From: a bacterium | GTDB taxonomy: Bacteria > AUK180 | NCBI GenBank assembly: GCA_023133295.1 | Contig: JAGLWT010000133.1 | Span: 5,054 to 69,053, forward strand | DNA: 64,000 nucleotides | Reading direction: 5' to 3' | Shown here: positions 1 through 8,800 of the stretch, piece by piece | Layout of the letters: each line of letters begins with the position of its first letter | Position numbering within the stretch: the stretch's first letter is position 1 | Notes under the pieces: model-generated | Seen by the model: the letters and a program-made list of their open reading frames with translations, nothing else | Database searches by the model: none | Told to the model about the DNA's origin: nothing | Program-made: the position numbers and the translations under genes

Positions 1-1428
1 GCCCCGATCGACACCTTATACCTTTCAAACCGCTCCTGCTGAGAGATGTCCAGCAATCCCAGATCGACCCCGTATCTACCAAGCCTTAGCATCGCTGTAT
101 CCTGCCGCAGCATTAACCGGTGCTCGGCCTGAGAGGTAAAGAGCCTATAGGGTTCATTAACGCCCTTCAGTACAAGGTCTTCCAGCAATACCCCTATATA
201 GGCCTCATCCCTATTCAGGATAAAGGCATCTCGCCCGGCAATCGATAGGCACGCATTGATGCCCGCCATCAATCCTTGCGCCGCAGCTTCCTCATACCCC
301 GATGTGCCGTTCACCTGGCCGGCAAAGTAAAGCCCCCTCACCTCTTTGGTCTCCATTGTCTTTTTCAGCTGCGTGGGAAGCACTACATCATATTCTACCG
401 CGTATCCGAATTTGGCGATCCTTGCTCTCTCTAATCCGGTTATGCTATGAATGAACTCCTCCTGGACTTCAGGCGATAGTGATGTAGAGATGCCGTTAGG
501 ATAAACGAGATCACTATTTATTCCCTCAGGTTCCAGAAAGATCTGATGCGAGTCTCTGTTTGAGAATTTCACTACCTTATCCTCGATCGAAGGACAATAC
601 CGCGGGCCTACACCGTCGATCATCCCGGAATACAACGGAGAGAACTTCAATCCCTTTCTTATGATATCATGCGTCTTTTCTGAAGTGAAGGTAATATGGC
701 ATGAGATCATATTTCTAATAAACTTATCGCTCCAGAATGAAAATGAATAGTCCTCATCATCGCCTTTCTGCTCATCTGTTTTACTCAGATCAATAGAATC
801 CTTGAATATCCTGGCAGGTGTGCCTGTTTTAAGCCGCGCCGTATTGAAACCGAGCCTTTGTATAGATAAGGAGAGTTCATTTGAAGGAGGATCGCCCAGC
901 CGTCCGCCGGGAGTAGATGCCAATCCGGTGAATAATCTCCCGCGAAGGAAGGTTCCCGTGGTTATAATGATCTTCTCTCCATAAATCTGAGTGCCGTCTT
1001 CAAGCTTGACACCGACAGCTCTATCGCTTTTTATTATGAGACCCGTCACTTCCGCTTTAATAAAATTTATCTCGGAGTTCTTTATCTTCTTCACAAAGAA
1101 CTTCTTATACTCTTCCTTATCTGCTTGAGCTCTTGGGCCCCATACTGCGGGCCCTTTCGATTTATTCAACATTCTGAATTGAATTCCCGTTTCATCAACA
1201 GCAATACCCATCATACCGCCCAGGGCATCTATTTCCCTTACCAGATGTCCCTTGGCAATACCTCCAATCGACGGATTGCATGGCATCTCACCCGCCTTTG
1301 AAAGAGACAGTGAGATCAAAGCACAGCTTTTTCCCATTTTTTCCGCGGCGAAGGCTGCCTCCAAGCCGGCGTGTCCGGCGCCCACTACTATTACTGAGAA
1401 TTTCTTTTTTTCATCCATTTTTCATATA
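1..1428 (-). CDS. mnmG: tRNA uridine 5-carboxymethylaminomethyl modification enzyme MnmG (GidA); 3' end runs off the window start
   Basis: Reverse translation from 1428 gives MDEKKKFSVIVVGAGHAGLEAAFAAEKMGK, the FAD-binding GxGxxG N-terminus typical of MnmG. The downstream part of the protein (toward coordinate 1) reads ...YRLFTSQAEHRLMLRQDTAMLRL..., also MnmG-like. The ORF has no stop inside the window. Confidence 0.8.
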
Positions 1429-2290
1429 CCTTGCCGAAAACCCTGTAAAGCAATGCTCCGAAAAGCAGTCCTGCTACCGTATCACTTATATAATGATATC
1501 TCAAATAAAATGTTGCAAGCGACATGAGAAAGAGAATTGTGAGATATGGTAAAAGGAGTTTCTTGAAAAATCGCCAGGCGTTCAAGGTTACTACGAGAGC
1601 TACAGCTATATGAGAAGATGGAAAGCAGCCGCTGTGTACCATTGCGCCCGCGGCCATTATCTTATTTTGAATGGGCACCAGAATATATCCGTTCACCGGA
1701 TCCGAGAAATGAGATAAAATAGGAGCGTATCTCCATGGTCCGTCCACCGGAAACAATACAAAGCACAGAAAGTGAATATAATAGCATGCCGCTACAGTAA
1801 AAATCAGGTGTCCAAAAGCATATCTATCCTTTTTCCAATAGAAGAGTATCAATGCCAAGACAGGAAGCATGGCATAATACGACATATACCCGAAATTCAG
1901 GAATTCCGCCAACCACCGATAATTAAGATGCTCTTCAAGCCACCATGTCGGGTGTGTTCCGAATATCATGAGTTCAAAATTAACGATCAAATGATCCTGC
2001 AATTCAGGAACTATCATAAATGCAAATTCCCCCAGCTCTTTGTAATTAGCAGCGAAAAACAAAAGCGGGTAGAAATTTCTCAAGAATTTTAAGAAGATAT
2101 TCTTTCTCTCTGGTGTGAAGAATCTTACAAGTAGATTTGCTGAAAGTAGAAATACCAGATTTCGGCCCAAATAGAACCAGATGTTATGGACCTTTCCAAA
2201 TCCAAAGATCAAAAGAAGCATGATAATAATTATATGATAGAGAGAAAACGCATAATCAAGAGGGCGGTATCTTTTAATTAGCTCTCTCAT
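1391..2290 (-). CDS. PAP2-family membrane phosphatase (phosphatidic acid phosphatase type 2-like)
   Basis: 299-aa polytopic membrane protein with the PAP2 signature blocks PSSHIAVA (PSGH-like) and YLRYHYISDTVAGLLFG (SRxxxxxHxxxD-like). Its 3' end overlaps the mnmG start by about 38 nt. Confidence 0.6.
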   Translation of the reverse strand: MRELIKRYRPLDYAFSLYHIIIIMLLLIFGFGKVHNIWFYLGRNLVFLLSANLLVRFFTPERKNIFLKFLRNFYPLLFFAANYKELGEFAFMIVPELQDHLIVNFELMIFGTHPTWWLEEHLNYRWLAEFLNFGYMSYYAMLPVLALILFYWKKDRYAFGHLIFTVAACYYIHFLCFVLFPVDGPWRYAPILSHFSDPVNGYILVPIQNKIMAAGAMVHSGCFPSSHIAVALVVTLNAWRFFKKLLLPYLTILFLMSLATFYLRYHYISDTVAGLLFGALLYRVFGKVYEKWMKKRNSQ

Positions 2291-4482
2291 CCCACGATCT
2301 CCAGAAATTCGCCAATCATAACCTTCTTACCATATTTATAAAATCTGACATCGACCTTGATCCTGCTGCCTGCGACATGCGAGCTTATCACCATGCCGAC
2401 ACCATAATCCGGATGCCTTACCTTGATCCCCTTTTTGAACGGATTCCCCGTAGCTGGGGAGAGGTCGGGAACATATGTGATCTCTTTGGGCAACGGTGTC
2501 GAGGGGCGGGACTTTTTGACTTCGCCCTTGCCTCTAAATAATGATTCTGTTGTCCATCTCTTGGAATATGTCTTATCTTCATATCTCATTTGTTCTCTCG
2601 GGATCATTTGAATAAATTCCGATTCTGAATTTTTAACGAATTCACCAAAGCGGAATCTTTCCTTGGCGCGTGTCAGAAACACCCTGTTCTTGCCCCTTGT
2701 GATCCCGACATACAGAAGCCGCTGCTCTTCTTTAAACTGCTCCGGGTGCTGCGAATTTGAATGGGGTAGTATGCCCTGTTCCACGCCGGTAATAAAAACC
2801 GTGTCGAACTCAAGCCCTTTTGAAAGATGCAGCGTCATAAGATTCACGGCACCCTTCTCCTGCTTCCACGAGTCAACCGAAGAGGATAGGGTCAAAATCT
2901 CCATGATCTCATGCAATGTTTCAAAGCCCTCGTCTTCGAGATGCTGTATCTCCCTGATAAGGTAATTAACATTGTCTATGCGGTCTTCATATCCCTCGTC
3001 ATCAAATTCCTTGAGATAATCGAAATAATCAAGCATCTCAACGAGCCGCATCAGCGCTTCCGACGGGGAAGAGATCATTTCACGGATCTCTTTCAGAACA
3101 TCCATTAGGGACCTTATCCCTTGAGCCTGACGCGCCGAAAATGCATTCTCCGCCAGAAGCTCTTCCGCGGCAGCTGAAAAAGGAAGCTCTCTTCTGCTGA
3201 TCTCGGCATTGAAGTTATCCACCGTCTTCTTTCCCAAGCCACGGCGGGGAATGTTTATGACCCTGTTCAAATTGACCGTATCTTTATCATTCAACACTAA
3301 TTTGATATAGGCAATAATATCCCTTATCTCCTTTCTTTCATAGAACTTCTGAGCGCCGACCACGACATATGGTATTCCATGATCACGAAAGTATGTCTCT
3401 AAGATACGAACCTGAAAATTCGTTCTGAAAAAAACCGCGATATCCGAGAAGTCCACTCCTTCCGCATTGACATTCTGCACACGGTCAACGATGTACTCCG
3501 CTTCGGCGCGGTCATTCTTCAAGATCGCATATCTGACCCTCTCGCCGCCGCGATGAGGATCGGCAGGCTCCAACTTGCCTGTTTTATAGGGATTATCAAA
3601 AGCCAGATGCGCAGCGACATCAAGGATCTGAGCGGTCGAACGATAATTTTTCTTCAATGTGAATATCTTGGACCCTTTGAAGTAATCCGGGAAATTCAGA
3701 ATATTCTCGACCTTTGCATTTCGGAATCCGTATATGGACTGATTCTCATCTCCGACCACAAAGAGCATCGGAGAATTATCATTGAACAGAAGTCCCTTCC
3801 AGAGAAGTTTTAAGATACGCAGCTGAGCGAGGTTGGTATCCTGGAATTCATCCACGAATACATATTTGATGCTCCTTGTAAATTCATTTAATATAACGGG
3901 CTCCTTCTCAAAGAGAACAATGGTTTTCTCCAGAAGATCTGAAAAATCCATCGCGTCGCTATTGCGAAGTTCTTTTTCGTAAGTCCGATAATACTTCTCT
4001 ATATCACTGTCGATCACCTCACCCGTTTCATGATAATTTTCTTTGAAAACGGATATCTTTTTCAATATCCGCTCCGGCTTATCTTCTTTGTGTTTATCTT
4101 TGGGTATTATGCGCTTCAATAAACGGACAGAATCATCCTCATCATAGATCGTGAAGGTCTCAGAGAATCCAAGATGCGATGCGTATTTTCTTAATATCCT
4201 CGAACATAGGGAATGAAAGGTGCCCAGCCATGGGAAGTAGACCTTCTCGTTCAATTGCTGAGATATCCTTTCCCGCAACTCGCCGGCCGCCTTATTGGTG
4301 AAAGTAGTAATAAAGAAATTATGAAACTCCGGCTGATCCTCAATGAGCAGATAGTAGATCTTGTATAAAAGAGTTCGCGTCTTTCCCGTCCCGGCTCCGG
4401 CAAAGATCAGATTTATCGGAGAACGCGCCTTTACAATATCGTATTGCTCCTGATTGAGGAATTCTTTGAATTTATCGTTCAT
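2287..4482 (-). CDS. pcrA: ATP-dependent DNA helicase, UvrD/PcrA/Rep family
   Basis: 731 aa. Walker A AGAGTGKT near the N-terminus, DEFQDTN (motif II), VGDENQSIYGFRNA, and LTLHLSKGLEFDTVFITG plus YVGITRGKNRVFL near the C-terminal helicase motifs. Confidence 0.85.
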   Translation of the reverse strand: MNDKFKEFLNQEQYDIVKARSPINLIFAGAGTGKTRTLLYKIYYLLIEDQPEFHNFFITTFTNKAAGELRERISQQLNEKVYFPWLGTFHSLCSRILRKYASHLGFSETFTIYDEDDSVRLLKRIIPKDKHKEDKPERILKKISVFKENYHETGEVIDSDIEKYYRTYEKELRNSDAMDFSDLLEKTIVLFEKEPVILNEFTRSIKYVFVDEFQDTNLAQLRILKLLWKGLLFNDNSPMLFVVGDENQSIYGFRNAKVENILNFPDYFKGSKIFTLKKNYRSTAQILDVAAHLAFDNPYKTGKLEPADPHRGGERVRYAILKNDRAEAEYIVDRVQNVNAEGVDFSDIAVFFRTNFQVRILETYFRDHGIPYVVVGAQKFYERKEIRDIIAYIKLVLNDKDTVNLNRVINIPRRGLGKKTVDNFNAEISRRELPFSAAAEELLAENAFSARQAQGIRSLMDVLKEIREMISSPSEALMRLVEMLDYFDYLKEFDDEGYEDRIDNVNYLIREIQHLEDEGFETLHEIMEILTLSSSVDSWKQEKGAVNLMTLHLSKGLEFDTVFITGVEQGILPHSNSQHPEQFKEEQRLLYVGITRGKNRVFLTRAKERFRFGEFVKNSESEFIQMIPREQMRYEDKTYSKRWTTESLFRGKGEVKKSRPSTPLPKEITYVPDLSPATGNPFKKGIKVRHPDYGVGMVISSHVAGSRIKVDVRFYKYGKKVMIGEFLEIVG

Positions 4483-4500
4483 TGAAGAGAAGGTGCATTC

Positions 4501-5670
4501 TTAAAAATCGGTGAAATCCTTATCGATCTTTTTGACTTCCTCTTCCTTTGTTTCCGCAACATCTGTGGCGACTTCTCCCGAAGCGCCCCCTTGGATCGAA
4601 AAACCCTTAAGAGCCAGATCAAGATCACTTGCCGAATTGGCGTTCTGCTTTGCGGCTTCCTGTGAGATCTTGCCCTCATTTACAAGACGGATAAGATGCT
4701 GGTCGAAGGTCTGCATACCATACTGGCCGCCTTCTTTCATCGCATCCTGGATCTCTCCTACACGATGAGGATCCTGTATGAGCTCCTTGATATTTTCATT
4801 TACTACCATCACCTCCAAAGCGGGAATACGGCTCTCCATATCAATTCGCGACAGGAGCCTTTGAGAAATAACACCCCTTAAAGTAAATGCTAATTGAACC
4901 CTGATCTGCTCTTGATGCGCAGGAGGGAAAAAATCAATTATTCTATTGATGGTCTGGAGTGCGTTCAATGTATGCAGGGTGCCGAATACCAGATGGCCGG
5001 TTTCCGCCGCTGAGATAGCAGCTCCGACGGTCTCTTCGTCCCTCATTTCTCCGACAAGGATAACATCGGGGTCCTGCCGGAGAACATATTTCAATGCATT
5101 GTGGAAATTCTTTGTGTCTATACCGATCTCCCGCTGAGTGATCGATGATAAGGAATCATTGTGGATAAACTCGATCGGATCTTCTATTGTAACGATATGT
5201 TTCTTGAAATGATGATTGATGTAATCGACCATCGCGGCAAGGGTTGTTGATTTTCCCGAACCTGTGGTTCCCGTAACAAGCACCAAGCCTCTTTCGTAAG
5301 AAGCGAGTTCTTTCAAGACCGGAGGAAGGTGCAGGGTCTTGAAGGAGGGTATGCTGATGGGGACATGCCTGATAACAGCGCCGATATTCCCCTTTTCAAA
5401 AAATACATTAATACGGAATCTGGCGACATCCGACTCTTCAAAGGCGATATCCATTTCCCTCTCTGAAATGAATTTATTATATTTTTCCTCGGTAACAGCG
5501 AAATATCTCGCGATCTTGTCCATTCCAGAAGCGGGGATGGCGGGAAAATTGGAAGTGACCAATTCTCCATTGATACGCATGACCGGCGGCTTTCCGGTTC
5601 GAAAATGCAGATCAGAAGCCTTCTTTTCAACCATTGTTATTAGAATATTTTTGATGGGATTAACAGCCAT
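4501..5670 (-). CDS. pilT: Type IV pilus retraction ATPase, PilT/PilU family, with an acidic C-terminal extension
   Basis: 389 aa. GLVLVTGTTGSGKSTTLAAMVDYINH (Walker A), DPIEF, LVGEMRDEET and GHLVFGTLHT match PilT. A Shine-Dalgarno GGAGAGGTG lies 5-6 nt upstream of the ATG. The last ~45 aa are acidic and low-complexity, unlike canonical PilT. Confidence 0.8.
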   Translation of the reverse strand: MAVNPIKNILITMVEKKASDLHFRTGKPPVMRINGELVTSNFPAIPASGMDKIARYFAVTEEKYNKFISEREMDIAFEESDVARFRINVFFEKGNIGAVIRHVPISIPSFKTLHLPPVLKELASYERGLVLVTGTTGSGKSTTLAAMVDYINHHFKKHIVTIEDPIEFIHNDSLSSITQREIGIDTKNFHNALKYVLRQDPDVILVGEMRDEETVGAAISAAETGHLVFGTLHTLNALQTINRIIDFFPPAHQEQIRVQLAFTLRGVISQRLLSRIDMESRIPALEVMVVNENIKELIQDPHRVGEIQDAMKEGGQYGMQTFDQHLIRLVNEGKISQEAAKQNANSASDLDLALKGFSIQGGASGEVATDVAETKEEEVKKIDKDFTDF

Positions 5671-5722
5671 AATGCACCTCTCCTATATTATAATGAATTT
5701 TTGCTAAAATGTAAAATATGCA

Positions 5723-5822
5723 GGGGACGGTGTTTCACTTCTTTCACTTAGCTATTATTCGCCACATATATTGAGGGCGGTAATCATCAAAAATACAAGG
5801 TAAAGATGCGATACCTTTTTTT
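5723..5822 (+). repeat. Copy A of a ~100-nt intergenic repeat family (core GGTGTTTCACTTCTTTCACTTA ... AAGGTAAAGATGCGATACCTTTTTTT)
   Basis: Direct sequence similarity to copies at 11417-11515, 12547-12640 and 13424-13475. Lies between the pilT start and the protease stop. The 3' end forms a short stem (AAGGTA/TACCTT) followed by a T-run. Confidence 0.7.
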
Positions 5823-8800
5823 CTATTTTATTACTGCAACTTTCTTTACCACACTTTTTCCAGACGCGGGCGTAATAATAATAATGTAAATTCCGGAGGC
5901 AACAGAAAAACCGCTATCATTTTCAAGATCCCATCTGAGAAAATCGTTTCCATCATTGTAATGCTTAACCGCATTCCTATACGTTGCAACGATCTCACCG
6001 AAAATAGTATATATTGTTATATCTTCGATATTTTCAATATCTCCGAAATGATCCATTATTACGAATGAATCCCCATTTGCCGAGGTACAGGGATTCGGGT
6101 ATAAGCGGAGCAGATCCGCATCATAATTCTTGCTGACAGTTTTATTGGTATTTACAAAAATTCCGTAATTACCGATACCTTCGATTCCGGCTATAATAAA
6201 TCCGCCGTCATACTTATCGTTGTCAGGATTTCCATCAATGTCATCTACACAATATGAATCTACATATTCCCATTTTCCATCGGTGTATCTTCTCAATTCA
6301 AGTTGTTCTTCGGAATAATCCATCACCTCTTCATAGGTGTAGTAGATCCGCAAGGTAAGTTTTTTCGGAAAATTTACCTCATCGACCTCACCCGGTATTG
6401 ATACCCGTCTGAATTCACCGATCGGGATCAAATTTGATTTATTAGAGTCAATGTGAGAAACGGATTGAATGGAAAACTCCGGATAGTGTGAAGCAATATC
6501 AAGTGGAATAGAGAGCTTTGTTCTTGAACTATCTTCAATAATCAAATAATCGCCATCGATTCTGAAATTCCCCTTTAAAAAACCGCCGACTGTTTCATCA
6601 TAAACTGTTTTCAAAGAGAAAAGCCCCGCGTTTTCATTTATAAAAGCGAAACGGTCCCCACCGCCGGAAGACCACTTTAAGAAGCCTTCATTGATCGTTT
6701 CACAATAACCGGATTGAGGATTATTATTTATATAGACATCAAAATTAGAATTTGAAACTTCAGAAATGGGATCAAACCGGAAGTTGCAATTATTAAAACT
6801 ATCCAGAACATCACAATTGTAGGCGATCTTTGAGCCGTTTATTGAAAATGAAGGAGAGTATTCGGGGTGAGTGGTGGTTCCAATAGAGATCAATCTTGTA
6901 TCACCCCAATCCCCGCCGGTGCCATCCCCATCCGGATCTCCGATAGGATTGCTTAACCCGGATATAATATCTTGAATATCCACAGCTTTCCATATATTGG
7001 TGTCTGCTACCTCATTATCTATACATGCGGGTCTTCTTACAAAAACGATCTCCGTATTGTCTCCATTCCAATGCGGCTGGAGTAATTTGTCTGTCTGGGA
7101 TAGATCCAAATACGGGTCTGAAAGATGGGTAATCCTTTTTAGTCCGCTGTCCGGATCAATGGTATTATTTGGTTCGTACACCCATATATCGCCAGATATT
7201 GAAGTGATTATCCGCTCTTTTTCATTGAACTGGTTTAACTTATCACCATAATCGGGATCAATGCATCGCCAATAGATGAGCGATGGCTGGAAAAGACTTG
7301 AATTTCCGGCTTCCGTGCCATCGGCTTTGATCTTTCTTATATGCAATTGTCCGTAAGAAGCAGTACTTGTAAAGACAACATAATTATCATCTGGGGTCCA
7401 CGAAATTTGAGAAAGGTGCGAAACAATATCCAGAGAATTTGTTATAGTGATCATTCCGGAGCCGTCATCATTTATTACCCTGATATTTGAAATTCCGCCG
7501 CTGTCTCTATGAATATAAGCAATTTTTCTCGGACTATTCTTCCATGACCATTCAGGATGGAATATCCCTGCCCCTGCTGAAGCAGAATCAAGGTCAATGT
7601 CAGACTGTGCATTAGAACATATTTCCAACTGCCACTCGTTAAGCGTTCCTGTATCACCACCACCGGTATCACTAACAAAAAGTTCCCAATTCCCAAATGC
7701 ATCTTCCCCGATAAAATCATCCATTGTACCCGGGCCACTCGGGGCAGTAGTTGAATCGTAAACAGTGTAAATATCATCATCACCAAATCCTGTTTTATTG
7801 TGGAGTCTTACAATTGTGTTTAATGGGGATGTTAATTCAACTATTAAGTCACCCTTATAAGTATGTGTGATATCAACAAGACAATTAATTTCCAATATAT
7901 CAATATGTTCAGTAATATTGATTATACTTGTAATTCCTGCAGGCTCACTATCAGGAATTGCAATTGGAGTATCAGTGGATACATACCAATCACATCCTGT
8001 CCCAGAAGGGTTGATAGTTACTATGAACGTATCAGACCAGGTTCCTTCATCTGAAGTAATATTCAAATCAAAGGTAACTTCATAATCCATCGGAAGCCCA
8101 CTATAAACATCAAATTGATACGGAGTCAGGCATTCACTTGTTTCGTCAAAAGATAGATCAAGATAACTTGCAGTATCATCGGAAAAAGTAATATATGTAC
8201 AACCGGTTGATAATACCGCGGAAATATTAGTCGCTTCTCCATACCAGATATTTCTTAAAGTCACGGACATATCGATCTGTTCACCAGATTCAGCTATTCC
8301 ATTATTATTTCCTCCGGTGCTGTCGTCAATAGCATGGGAATCATAGACAATTTCAGGTAAAGGTTGAGTACAAGTATCTAAATGAAGAATTACTGACCAT
8401 GAATTTAGTGTACCTATAGTAGCCCAGGAATCATGATCACTAACATGTAATTTCCACTCGCCTATAGAATTTTCACCATCAAAATCCGGCATTGACCCTG
8501 GCCCGTCCGGTACAGTTGTTGAATCATATATTGTATAGATATCATCTACTGTACCACCGCTTCTATCATGTAATCTTACAATCGTTCCAGTCGGTGAAGT
8601 TAATTCAACTACTAAATCGCCCGTATAATTATGTGCTATATCAACACTGACGAAAATATCAACGATATTGCAAGAATAAGGAACATTAATAATACTTTCA
8701 ATTCCAACTGCATCCCAAGCGGGTATGTTAATAGGTGTATCAGCAGAACTAACTATAAATTCGCTGACCACAACAGTAAAATTAATTTGATTTGTATATC

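Noticed and set aside
802-5707. Numerous 60-120-aa ORFs on the opposite strand or in alternative frames inside mnmG, PAP2, pcrA and pilT (e.g. 802-984, 1252-1527, 1772-2092, 2663-2965, 4511-4768, 5339-5707)
   Set aside because: All lie entirely within longer ORFs that have strong family-level motifs. They have no independent RBS or conservation signal, so they are treated as shadow ORFs.
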